NCBI GenBank assembly: GCA_965209055.1
Contig: OZ242374.1
Coordinates: 4,064,001 to 4,128,000, forward strand
Origin: Acidobacteriota bacterium
Lineage (GTDB): Bacteria > Acidobacteriota > UBA6911 > RPQK01 > JAJDTT01
Direction of reading: 5' to 3'
Length of the DNA: 64,000 nt
The translations under genes and the position numbers were made by a program. Positions within the stretch are counted from its first letter, which is position 1. Every line of letters starts with the position of its first letter. This document shows, piece after piece, positions 26,439 through 35,823 of the stretch. The notes beneath the pieces are model-generated. The model saw only the letters and a program-made list of their open reading frames with translations. It made no database searches and was not told where the DNA came from.

Positions 26439-28532
26439 TCAGACCCCATCGGGGACGATCTGGAAGTCCTCAGCCAGACGATGGCCCTGAGATTCGGCGA
26501 AGCGCACCTCCACCACGATCCGGTACTTGCCATGACCGAGCTGTTGCAGCGGAAGCCGTGCATTGACGCTGGCGGCACTCTCAAATCCCCCGGGAAGGGC
26601 CTTCCATGCTCCTTCGTATATGTTCGTTCCTCCGGCGTTCAGAATCAAGATCCTGTATTCCCCGCCACGGTCTCCGGCGGTCTCCACCTGACCGTGCACG
26701 TAGAGGGTCTCGTGCCGGTGGAAGCGGGACCCGACCCGGGGAATCAGAACACGGGCTCCGATTTCCAGGGGATTGGCGATCTCGGCCACCTGCTTGCCCG
26801 TCTTGATCCGGTAGCGGGACTGAGTCGTCGATTCCTCCAGCTTTCCGGCCAACACCAGGGAACTGGACCGGACCTCGCGGTGGGACGGAAGGTCCAACCG
26901 GTGGTCCATCTGGGACAACAGCCCGGACCGGTTGTCCCGAAGCAGCACCCGGAGCACGTACTGGCCGGGTCCCAGGACCAGAAGGTTCTGGTAAACGAAG
27001 CGAGTATCCTTCTCTCCCTCGTTGCGGCGCCGGATTTCCACCCGGTCCCGGAGTCCGGCCCGCGCCACGCCCTTCAGGTCGCGCGCCAAGATGATCACTT
27101 CCAGGTTGAGCCGTCCGGATTCCGCGAAGGAGGGGAACTCGGTGCGATCGAACGCCGCCAGGACGGGAACCCGGAACCCTCCCTCGAAGCCGGGGAAGTA
27201 TTCCGCCGAGATCTCCACGGGAAATTCAACCTTGGGTTCCCCCTCCAGGACGGTCTGGAGCAGCTTGAATTCCCTTTCGGGATTGCTCAAGGCGGCGTAA
27301 GGCTTATCCGCATAATAACCCTGCCGGTAGGCCAGGCGGAGCCCGGGACGGCTGACGGTGACCTGGACTTTGCGGAACCGGCCGTCGCGGGGCGGGGCCG
27401 GAGCGTAGTACCCCAGAAGGTAGTAGTGGCTCGAATCCTCCTGGGCCTTGCGGAAGATCTTCCCCAGGTCGTTGTCGTCCAGGAGCACCGCACCGCCGGT
27501 ATCGGCGGCCAGGGTGATCAGCCCCTCGCGCGACTGGCTGAGCCGGACCAGTTGATTGAGGTCCGCCCGGCCCGTGAAGATGCCCTGTCCGCCTCCCGAA
27601 CGCTGCGCTCCGCCCCCGGGGGAGAGGGCCACCAACCCCCGGGCGTCGACGGCGTAGATGCTGATATTGGCCCGATTGCAGAGATCCGCGGTCCAACGGA
27701 GCTGGTCGTCGTTCTCGATTCCGCGGCTGGTGAGTCCGGCAGAGAAATAGACCAGGGCCTTCCTTCCGGGAACGTCCCGGAAGGCGTCGGCGATGGCCTG
27801 GATGGCGCTGAGCTGATGGTTGCTCTCGAACAGGGCGAACTCGGTCTCGTCGGCCAGAAACTCCCCGTCGGCGGCCGCGTCGGAATCATCATCCGGCAAC
27901 GACACGTCGCTTTCCCGATCCCGTTGGGACAGGCCTCCCAGGACCCGGGACAATTCTCCGGGGTCGGAGGTGAAATCCACGAGAAGCTCGAGTCCCTGGT
28001 CGTAGGCCAGGACGGCGACAGCGTCTTGCGGCGTCAATTGCCGGTCCAGGAACCGGAGAGCCGACTCGCGCATCATTCGCGAGTCCTGGATGTTGGCGTT
28101 GGAGAAGTTGAAGAGGACGATCAGGTAACGCTTCTCGGGCGTGGCCGGATAGTCCTCGCCGGGTCCGGTGGGAGAGGTCGCGGGCGCGGTCTCGGATTCG
28201 GCCCGGGCGAAGGCGGCGCGCTCGCTGGTGAGCGGCAGGAAAACCTCCTGAAAGTACCCGATCTTCTGGGAGACTCCCTCCTCGATCAGGGTGAAGTCCT
28301 CCGCCTTCAGGCCCCGGACGGGGCGCCCGTCCGAATCCCTGACCTGGACGTCCACCAGGATCAGATTTGTCCTCACCCGGAAGCGGATGGGGGAGTCCTG
28401 GCTCCACAGGACGTTCCAGGCGAGAAGACAGGCGATGGCGGAAGCGACCAACCGAGCCGGGCGCCGGGCGCCGGACGCGGAACGGTTCGGACATCGCCTG
28501 GTACGAGTTACGGCAGTTCGCTTCATTCGCAC
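26439..28532 (-). CDS. VWA domain protein (acidobacterial VWFA-related type)
   Basis: FRVRTNLILVDVQVRD.DGRPVRGL..EDFTLIEEG, PGRKALVYFSAG, IYAVDARGL, LAADTGG, YYLLGY, DGRFRKVQV. Confidence 0.88.
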   Translation of the reverse strand: MRMKRTAVTRTRRCPNRSASGARRPARLVASAIACLLAWNVLWSQDSPIRFRVRTNLILVDVQVRDSDGRPVRGLKAEDFTLIEEGVSQKIGYFQEVFLPLTSERAAFARAESETAPATSPTGPGEDYPATPEKRYLIVLFNFSNANIQDSRMMRESALRFLDRQLTPQDAVAVLAYDQGLELLVDFTSDPGELSRVLGGLSQRDRESDVSLPDDDSDAAADGEFLADETEFALFESNHQLSAIQAIADAFRDVPGRKALVYFSAGLTSRGIENDDQLRWTADLCNRANISIYAVDARGLVALSPGGGAQRSGGGQGIFTGRADLNQLVRLSQSREGLITLAADTGGAVLLDDNDLGKIFRKAQEDSSHYYLLGYYAPAPPRDGRFRKVQVTVSRPGLRLAYRQGYYADKPYAALSNPEREFKLLQTVLEGEPKVEFPVEISAEYFPGFEGGFRVPVLAAFDRTEFPSFAESGRLNLEVIILARDLKGVARAGLRDRVEIRRRNEGEKDTRFVYQNLLVLGPGQYVLRVLLRDNRSGLLSQMDHRLDLPSHREVRSSSLVLAGKLEESTTQSRYRIKTGKQVAEIANPLEIGARVLIPRVGSRFHRHETLYVHGQVETAGDRGGEYRILILNAGGTNIYEGAWKALPGGFESAASVNARLPLQQLGHGKYRIVVEVRFAESQGHRLAEDFQIVPDGV

Positions 28533-28547
28533 TCGGAAACCATGGCG

Positions 28548-31500
28548 TCAGAACATGAATCTCAGCCGCAACTGGATCCGCCGCATCTGTGAGACCGACG
28601 TGATCTGCCCGAACCCGCGGGAGTTCACGATGGTGTTCAACCCCGTGTAGTTGACATGATTCAGCAGGTTGGTGGCATCGGCCTGCAGGATCAGCCGCAT
28701 CCCTTCGCCTCCCACCGGGATGGACCTGGCCAGGCTCAGGTCGATGGTCCAGGATCCGGGGCCCTGGATGGTGTTGCGTCCGGCGTCCCCGAAGCTCCCC
28801 GGGTCGGGAAGACGGAATGCCGCGGTGTTGAACCAGGCTCCGGTGGAGCGTTGGGAAGCGTCCAGCATGACGGGAAGCCCCGTCACGCTGGCCCGCTCGC
28901 TGGCCTGGGAGGCGCTGCCGCTGTTGTTGATCTGGTTGCCCAGGACGCGAGCCGTCAGGAAACGGCCGCTGTTGACCGTGAGGCTCGTGTTGACAAACCA
29001 GTTGCTGAAGATGGAACTGAGGATTCCCCGGTCGCGGAGCCAACGGTGGCGGTCTCCGAAGGGGAGTTCATAGAAACCGCCCAAGCGCAAGCTGTGGCGC
29101 CGGTCCAAGTTGGAGGGTCCCCACTCCGAGTTCAGGTCGTCGTCGTTTTGGGCCACCACGCGGCCGCCTCCCGAAAGCGTGGCCGCGTTGTCCAGCGACT
29201 TGCCGTACTCGTAGCGGAGGTTCAGCGTGAAGCCGGACCGCACCCGGCGCACCGCCAGCACCTGGAGCCCGTGGAAAGAGGAAGAGGCCCCCGGAGTCAG
29301 AAACAGGAACTGGGCCGTGTCGTGGATCCGTTGAACCCCGTCCAGGAGCCTGTTAGGGGCTCGGAGCAGTTCCAGGCCCGTCCCCCGCGAGCCGGCGTAC
29401 CCCAGGCTGAGGAAGAAGTTGCGGGGGAGCGACTGTTGCAGGCTCAGGTTCCAGGTCTGCACCGTGGGCAGGCGGAAGTGGGGGTCCACCGCGTAGGTAT
29501 TGGGGACGTCCTCCTCAAGATCGCTGGAGAATGCCGATTCGATGGCAAGAAAGTCTTGTCCGGCCACCGTTTCCTGGATCGCGAATCCGAAGGGAGGCTG
29601 CGAGATCAGCTCTCCGGTCAGGGCGGCGTAGGATTCGTGGGGATGGAAGATCCCGTAGTTGGCCCGGAGGACGGACGCCCATTGGCCGGATCTGAGCCGG
29701 AGGGCCAGCGCGACGCGCGGGGCCAGGTTGTTGCGGTCATCCCGGATCAGCGCTCGCGGAACGATTCCCGAATAGGGTCCCCGGCTTCCTGGAAATACGG
29801 TCGCCGCCGCCTGGAACCCGGGCGCCACGTCCAGGTTGGCCATGCGGTCGTACAACTCCACCCAGGGCGCCACGTATTCGTAGCGGAGGCCCCACTGGAG
29901 GGTGAGCCTGGAGTGGATTCTCCAGTTGTCGTTGATGAAGAGGGAGTACTCCGGGGCCCTCAGGTAATGGTCGCTGTTGCCGTACTGAATCCGGCTGCTC
30001 TGGGCCAGGCCGAGCAGGAAGTCGGCGAAGTCGTAACCGGTCCCCGATACGGGGCGGCCCGAACCGTAGGCGCTGGTGGCCACCCCGGCGAAGACCTGGA
30101 CCCCCGCGCCTTCCGGATTGCCCAACTGATTCCGCCGGTTCCAGGCCACCTCCCCGCCGATCCGGAAATGGTGCCCCGCGAAGGTCAACTGAATGGAGTC
30201 GCTCACCGAATGCGTCTCCCGGATGTTCAAGGAGGAGCTTCCATCGGAGAGCGAGGTGTAGTTGGTGAACTGAATCTGGGGGAGCCCGAAATCGACGGGG
30301 GCCATCGACGTGTTCCGGATGCCCAGATCGGAGCTCACGTTGGATTGAAAGGCGAACGGGTTGAGCCGGCGGTTCCGGTTCCGGTTCCAACGAACCCGCA
30401 CGTTGTGCAGCAGGCCGCCCGCCGTGGTTTGGATCAGATTCAGCGAAAGGTTCTGTCCGCGTTCGCTGCCCCGTCCGTAAAGGGCCGGAAAAGCGTTGAA
30501 TTCATCCCGGTCGCTGCGGTTGAAGTTGTAGCCTCCCGTCAGGCGCAGCGAGTCGGAAAGGGAGTGGAAGATCCGGGAATTCAATCGGTTTCCGGCAATG
30601 CCCAAGGGTTCCGTGTTCAAGTAGTTGAGATAGGGATCGCCGCGGTTGGGGAGGGGAAAGAAGGCAAGCAGCGATTGGGATACGGGATTGAGCCGGTCAC
30701 CCGGCAGCGATGCCCCGGCGTAGGCTTGCCCGCTGGAGGGATCGAATATTCGGACCGGTTCGCCCGCCAGTGGACCGGATCGATAAGTGGTTTGGGAGAA
30801 GTCCCCTTGCCGTTCCGCGGCTGTGGGAACCGATGCGTACCGGGTTCTCAGTTCGTCTCCCCAGTTGGCGTTGAAGTCGACGAAGAAAAACGAACGGCGG
30901 CGGCCGAAAAAGGATCTCCTCGACGAATCGTCCTGACCGGAAAGGGGGCCGCCTGCGGACACGCCCGCGTTCCACGAAACGTAGTCCGGGTCCGGCGTTT
31001 CTCCACCGTCCAGGGAATAGGGTTTCGCGTCGAGCGCCGATCCGGAGAAACCCATGGAAACGGAGCCCTGAACCCGGTTGACGCGGCCGCCGGCGATGCG
31101 GGCACCGCGGAATCCGCCCCGGCCGCCGCGCCCCCCGCGGCCCATGACGGCGCCCATGATCTGACTCTCGCTGGCGCCGAAGCCGCCTCCCTGGCGGAGC
31201 GAAGCTCCTTGGATCAACACTTCCTCGGTGGTTTCCTGCAGACTCCGGTCCTGGCCGCCGAAGCTCTGCTGATCCCCGATGCGGATCTCTTCGAAGGGAT
31301 CCTCTTCGAGAGCATTCCGGCGTCCCGGCCGGCGCTGCCTGGAAAGCGCGGGACCGGCCTCCGCCTTGAAGAAGTCCTTCTCGAACTCCAGGCTCCACTG
31401 ATATCCCTTCCAAGTCTGGGAGGTCTCGATCTCGATTCCTCCGCCGAAGCCCATCCTGCCGCCGCCTCCTCCTCCACGGCCCGGGCGGTCTCCTCTTCCA

Positions 31501-32180
31501 AACCCACCCCGCCGGCCGAAGCCGCCCATGGTGACTGTGGCCGTCTGGAACCGCGGCACGGTGATTCCCTGGTTGGAGTCGAGAGCCAGATTCAGGGTGA
31601 GGCGGGCGTCGCTGATGAACACGCCGGCCGAGAAACGCATCCGGACCCGGAGCGGCATGGCGGTCTCAGGGTCGATCCAGATGCGGGCCTCCCGAACCTT
31701 CAGGCCACGGATCTTGGGCTCCGTCTTCACCTCGACGGCGGGCCGATCGTCCACCTGCCCGGGTCCTACGATCTCCGCCTTCCTGAGGAAATCCCGAGAG
31801 GTGAGGATGTCGAGGCCTTCCAGCGGACCGAGCGCATTCATGAAACGGCCGCCCCGGCGGCGGCGGGAGGTTGGGTCCATGGGCTGGCCGTTGCGCGTCA
31901 GGCTCAGGATCTCCTTCTTGAACTCTTCCGTGCTTCCCAGGTAGTGGCGTTCCCGGGAATCGAACCGTTGATTTCCGAAGGGGGTGTTGGCAACGGTCCG
32001 GTTCTCCACCTCCACCGAGTATCCCGACAGGAGTTCCTTTCTCAGCTCGAGCACGCGGGCGAGGCGTTGCAGGAGGTCCGGGTCCGGAGCTCCGGAACAG
32101 GGAATCAAGCAGAGCAGCGCCGCCACCGCCGGAACCACCCAGCGGTGGCGTTGCGTGTTGGATGAAGGGTTGCCCATCAT
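28548..32180 (-). CDS. Oar-like TonB-dependent-type outer-membrane barrel with N-terminal LolA-like domain and RGG-rich linkers
   Basis: VPTAAERQGDFS, FADFLLG, FINDNWRI..RLTLQWGLRYE, DRNNLAPR, FGDAGRNTIQGPG, terminal RRIQLRLRFMF. Confidence 0.8.
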   Translation of the reverse strand: MMGNPSSNTQRHRWVVPAVAALLCLIPCSGAPDPDLLQRLARVLELRKELLSGYSVEVENRTVANTPFGNQRFDSRERHYLGSTEEFKKEILSLTRNGQPMDPTSRRRRGGRFMNALGPLEGLDILTSRDFLRKAEIVGPGQVDDRPAVEVKTEPKIRGLKVREARIWIDPETAMPLRVRMRFSAGVFISDARLTLNLALDSNQGITVPRFQTATVTMGGFGRRGGFGRGDRPGRGGGGGGRMGFGGGIEIETSQTWKGYQWSLEFEKDFFKAEAGPALSRQRRPGRRNALEEDPFEEIRIGDQQSFGGQDRSLQETTEEVLIQGASLRQGGGFGASESQIMGAVMGRGGRGGRGGFRGARIAGGRVNRVQGSVSMGFSGSALDAKPYSLDGGETPDPDYVSWNAGVSAGGPLSGQDDSSRRSFFGRRRSFFFVDFNANWGDELRTRYASVPTAAERQGDFSQTTYRSGPLAGEPVRIFDPSSGQAYAGASLPGDRLNPVSQSLLAFFPLPNRGDPYLNYLNTEPLGIAGNRLNSRIFHSLSDSLRLTGGYNFNRSDRDEFNAFPALYGRGSERGQNLSLNLIQTTAGGLLHNVRVRWNRNRNRRLNPFAFQSNVSSDLGIRNTSMAPVDFGLPQIQFTNYTSLSDGSSSLNIRETHSVSDSIQLTFAGHHFRIGGEVAWNRRNQLGNPEGAGVQVFAGVATSAYGSGRPVSGTGYDFADFLLGLAQSSRIQYGNSDHYLRAPEYSLFINDNWRIHSRLTLQWGLRYEYVAPWVELYDRMANLDVAPGFQAAATVFPGSRGPYSGIVPRALIRDDRNNLAPRVALALRLRSGQWASVLRANYGIFHPHESYAALTGELISQPPFGFAIQETVAGQDFLAIESAFSSDLEEDVPNTYAVDPHFRLPTVQTWNLSLQQSLPRNFFLSLGYAGSRGTGLELLRAPNRLLDGVQRIHDTAQFLFLTPGASSSFHGLQVLAVRRVRSGFTLNLRYEYGKSLDNAATLSGGGRVVAQNDDDLNSEWGPSNLDRRHSLRLGGFYELPFGDRHRWLRDRGILSSIFSNWFVNTSLTVNSGRFLTARVLGNQINNSGSASQASERASVTGLPVMLDASQRSTGAWFNTAAFRLPDPGSFGDAGRNTIQGPGSWTIDLSLARSIPVGGEGMRLILQADATNLLNHVNYTGLNTIVNSRGFGQITSVSQMRRIQLRLRFMF

Positions 32181-32788
32181 TCCTTGTCGTAGACCAGAGT
32201 ATGGTCCATGTCACCCCGGGGCGTCTTGAGCGTGACTTTCGTGGTCAGGGTCCTGCCGTCGTCCGAAAGGCTCCACCGCGTCTTCTGCTCGATCTTGAAG
32301 TTGCCCCTGGGAGTCTCGCGTTCCTGGACCTGATTGACTTCCAGTTCCGAGCCCTTCCACTTGGCCTCCACGGTCCCCACCCCCATGAAGGAGGAGACCT
32401 CCTGAGGGCCGGAGCCGGGCTTGAGAGTCATCTCCCGGGACTGGCCTCGTCTGCCTTCATGGACGACGGTCAGAGTATCGCTATCCTGCTGAACCGACAA
32501 TCGCGACGGGGCCATTGCGGCCCCCCGGCCGCCGCCGCGCCGGCCGCCTCGAAAGCCACCCTCCCGGCCCCCATCGCCTCGACCGCCGCCACCGCGGCCG
32601 CCGCCACGGAATCCGCCGTCCCGGCCCCCGCCGCGGCCGCGGCCGAAACGCGGCATCTCGCTCTTGTCCTCGTTGAGAATCCAGTTCCCCGAGAAGTCCG
32701 GAGCCTGGGCCGCGAGGGATTCCGTGCCCATCCAGAACAACCCTGCAACCGCGGCAAACAATGGGACGATCCGACACTGTTGAAACAT
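32177..32788 (-). CDS. Exported lipocalin-like hypothetical protein with RGG-rich insertion
   Basis: Signal peptide; PDFSGNWILNEDKSE (GxW motif), WSLSDDGRTLT, LVYDK. Confidence 0.7.
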   Translation of the reverse strand: MFQQCRIVPLFAAVAGLFWMGTESLAAQAPDFSGNWILNEDKSEMPRFGRGRGGGRDGGFRGGGRGGGGRGDGGREGGFRGGRRGGGRGAAMAPSRLSVQQDSDTLTVVHEGRRGQSREMTLKPGSGPQEVSSFMGVGTVEAKWKGSELEVNQVQERETPRGNFKIEQKTRWSLSDDGRTLTTKVTLKTPRGDMDHTLVYDKE

Positions 32789-32851
32789 TTCCGATCTACC
32801 TCCTGGAAGTTTTTCGAATGCGCGTCTTTCTCATGACTTTCACCCATCCAG

Positions 32852-32877
32852 TACGCGAACGGGCGCGGATTGTTTCG
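32852..32877 (-). promoter_or_regulatory. Candidate ECF (SigW-like) promoter for the 32788-25570 operon
   Basis: Minus strand reads CGAAAC-N16-CGTA, close to B. subtilis SigW consensus TGAAAC-N16-CGTA; AGGAGG RBS downstream. Confidence 0.45.
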
Positions 32878-32942
32878 CGCTGCCGCTCCGCCAAGCCGGA
32901 TTGACCGGTTCCGTCAGCCGGTGTTATTAGAGAGTTGCGGCT

Positions 32943-35276
32943 ATGACCCCGGAAATCGGCTTCCTCTTTGTTCTCTTGGCGGTCATGGCCTACCTGTTCC
33001 TGACCGAAAAGCTTGCCATCGATCTGACGGCCTTCCTGGGTCTCGTGGTCCTCACTTTGGCGGGATATGTGACTCCGGCCGAAGCGTTCACCGGATTTTC
33101 GTCGCCGGCGGTGATCACCATGATGTCGGTTTTCATCGTCAGTGGCGCGCTCCTGCACACCGGTGTCGCCGATCGTGCTGGAGGGTTCATCCATACGCTG
33201 GTCGGTAGCCGGGAGATTCCACTGACCGTGATCCTGATGGCGATTGCGGGATTGCTTTCCGCCTTCATGAACAACATAGCGGCGACGGCGGTTCTCATGC
33301 CGGCTGTCGGCAGCATCGCCTACCGGAGCGGAATTCCCGCGTCCAGGCTCTTCATGCCCCTCGCCTTCGGGGCCATATTGGGAGGCACCACGACCCTGGT
33401 CGGCACGCCCCCCAATATCCTTGCCGGGACCATCATGCGGGAACGGGGCCTGGAGCCTTTCGGTCTCTTCGACTTCACTCCCGTCGGCTTGGCCCTTCTG
33501 GCGGCCGGGATCCTGTTCATGGTGACCCTGGGCCAGAAGTTGCTGCCCCGGCGCGAGGTGGGACCGGTCACCACCGAGTCGTCTCATTTGTCCCAGGTCT
33601 ACCAGTTGCACGAGCGATTGTTCTCAATTCGAATTCCTACCGAATCCCGGTTGGATGGAATATCCCTGGGAGAGTCGAGGCTCGGGACCGCTCTGGGGAT
33701 CAAGGTGGTCGCCATTTTGCGGCGCGGCAGGAAACGGCTGGTTCCGGAACCGGCCACCGTTCTCAGGGGTGGGGACGTGCTGCTGGTGGAGGGGGACCGG
33801 TCGGATCTGCGGGATCTGATGAAAGTTCGGGACCTGACGATTCAGGAGACCACAGCCGGCCAACTGCCCCGGCCGGTCAAGGGGGTGACGGGGGTTCGTC
33901 TCCAATTGCCGCATGGCTCCGACTTGCCTGGACGGAGTCTGCGGGAGGTTCGTTTCCGGAAGCGCTTCGGCGCCGTCGTGGTGGCCATCCACCGGGGTGA
34001 CGAGTATCTGAAGGATGACCTGGCGAAGAGGAAACTGCGCCCGGACGACGAGTTGTTGGCGCTGGGCGCCCGATCCGAACTCGAGAGGATGCGTTCCCAA
34101 AACGCCCTGCGGGTCAAGGAAATGGGATTGTCGGTGCTGAGAGACTTCTGGGATCACCTTTTTGTGATCCGGGTTCCCAAGGCGTCCGCCCTGGTGGGTT
34201 CGACGGTCGGCAACAGCCGGATCGGCGAGCTGGCGGGTGTCACCGTGGGCGCCATCATCCGAGGGGGCATGACCCATTTGGGGGTGTTTGCGGACGCCGA
34301 GATCCGGGAAGGCGATGGGTTGTTGGTTTCGGGAGACCCGGAACAGATCGTTCGCCGTCTCGGGACCGGAGACGTGGAACTCGATCCCGGTATCGGTGGA
34401 ATCTCACTGGAATCGGACGACGTGGGCCTTGCCGAAGCCGCACTCGCGCCGCGCTCGTCCCTGGTGGGCCGCACCCTCAATGAAGTGAAATTCCGGGATC
34501 GATTCGGTCTTCAGATCCTGGCCGTCTGGCGGGAAGGCCGGCCCATCCATTCGGGATTGGCGGATCTTGCGTTGCGTTTCGGAGACGCGCTGCTGCTGCA
34601 AGGACCCTGGGACCGGATTCGGCATCTGGAGTTGGACGCCGATCTGGTCCTGTTCTCCAGGCCACAACGCCGGTCTCGGCGCACCCACAAGGCGCCCTTC
34701 GCCTTGGCGGGATTGTTGGTGATGGTGGCGATGGTGCTCAGCGGCTTTCAGCCGATCCACGTCGCGGCGTTTACGGCGGCGAGCCTGGTTCTCCTGTTCG
34801 GGACCCTGACCATGGAGGAGGCGTACCGCGCCATCGAGTGGAGGGCGATCTTTCTGGTGGCGGCGGTGTTGGCGTTCGGGTCGGCCATGGAGCGCACGGG
34901 GGCGGCGCTGTTGCTGGCCAATGCCGTGACCGGGTTGGCAGGGTCCTGGGGCGAATATGGGATCCTGGCGGCGTTGGTGTTGCTGACGAGTCTCATGAGC
35001 CAGGGTCTGGACGGGGCCCCTGCGGTGGTGCTGCTGGCGCCCGTGGCGTTGAATGCCGGCGCGCAAATGGGGATTGACCCGTATAAGGTCATGATGTGCG
35101 TCAGTCTGGCCGCATCGGCCGCTTTCATGACGCCGTTCAGCCACAAGGCCAACCTCCTGGTGATGGGGGCAGGCGGGTATCGAAGCATGGACTACATCCG
35201 GGTCGGGACGCCACTGACGGTGGTGATTCTGATTCTGTTGGTCTTTTTGGTGCCGCTCTTTTCTCCTGCGGGGTAG
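32943..35276 (+). CDS. SLC13/DASS-type permease with four TrkA-C (RCK-C) domains
   Basis: SAFMNN, LGGTTTLVGTPPNI, four S.L.G..L repeats ending in (G)D.LL..G, FMTPFSHKANLLVMGAGGY. Confidence 0.9.
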   Translation: MTPEIGFLFVLLAVMAYLFLTEKLAIDLTAFLGLVVLTLAGYVTPAEAFTGFSSPAVITMMSVFIVSGALLHTGVADRAGGFIHTLVGSREIPLTVILMAIAGLLSAFMNNIAATAVLMPAVGSIAYRSGIPASRLFMPLAFGAILGGTTTLVGTPPNILAGTIMRERGLEPFGLFDFTPVGLALLAAGILFMVTLGQKLLPRREVGPVTTESSHLSQVYQLHERLFSIRIPTESRLDGISLGESRLGTALGIKVVAILRRGRKRLVPEPATVLRGGDVLLVEGDRSDLRDLMKVRDLTIQETTAGQLPRPVKGVTGVRLQLPHGSDLPGRSLREVRFRKRFGAVVVAIHRGDEYLKDDLAKRKLRPDDELLALGARSELERMRSQNALRVKEMGLSVLRDFWDHLFVIRVPKASALVGSTVGNSRIGELAGVTVGAIIRGGMTHLGVFADAEIREGDGLLVSGDPEQIVRRLGTGDVELDPGIGGISLESDDVGLAEAALAPRSSLVGRTLNEVKFRDRFGLQILAVWREGRPIHSGLADLALRFGDALLLQGPWDRIRHLELDADLVLFSRPQRRSRRTHKAPFALAGLLVMVAMVLSGFQPIHVAAFTAASLVLLFGTLTMEEAYRAIEWRAIFLVAAVLAFGSAMERTGAALLLANAVTGLAGSWGEYGILAALVLLTSLMSQGLDGAPAVVLLAPVALNAGAQMGIDPYKVMMCVSLAASAAFMTPFSHKANLLVMGAGGYRSMDYIRVGTPLTVVILILLVFLVPLFSPAG

Positions 35277-35283
35277 TGCAGGA

Positions 35284-35823
35284 ATGTCCGCTAGAGATTC
35301 GCAAACCCGGCTGACGTGGATGCTCCTGGTCCTGCTGGCCTTGCTGAGCCTGGTCCTGGGAGCCCTCATTCTGAATGGCGCCAGGAGCAACTGGGGACCC
35401 GTCGATCATCCCCAATTTTCCACCATGGAGCGGAGCGGGTGGAGTTGGGAGAACAATGACCCCCTCCTGGCCGGTGTCTGGCTGGTGGGGGCGCTGCAGA
35501 TCGCCGTGTTTCTCTGTCTCCTGGGTCTGGGCCTGGCGGGACGAAAGGGATCGGGCCTGCTGCGAGTTTCCCTGTTGCTGGGCGGTCTCCTCCACGCCGG
35601 AATCTTTTCCTGGATGATTCTGGCGCACGTCCATCCCGTCGCGCCTTCTCTCTGGTCCTTCCCTCCGCCGACCGTGGTGATGGTTTTCTTCCTCTGGATC
35701 CTGCCGCCCATCTACTTCGTGATCCTGTACGTCGTCGGCTTCGACCGTTGGATCCTGACGGAGGAGACCCACCGCGATTTTCTCCGGCTGGTCCGATCCC
35801 GAAGAGGGAAGGGGAGAAGGTGA
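35284..35823 (+). CDS. Hypothetical ~4-TM membrane protein coupled to the SSS transporter
   Basis: Hydrophobic helices; stop overlaps the next start (GTGATG). Confidence 0.65.
   Translation: MSARDSQTRLTWMLLVLLALLSLVLGALILNGARSNWGPVDHPQFSTMERSGWSWENNDPLLAGVWLVGALQIAVFLCLLGLGLAGRKGSGLLRVSLLLGGLLHAGIFSWMILAHVHPVAPSLWSFPPPTVVMVFFLWILPPIYFVILYVVGFDRWILTEETHRDFLRLVRSRRGKGRR

Noticed and set aside
28656-32165. 1169 aa plus-strand ORF, and similar long ORFs such as 14913-17282, 26406-28592, 35712-37400, 5095-6693 and 57481-59292
   Set aside because: Antisense shadows of well-supported genes, expected from high-GC codon bias; no recognisable motifs
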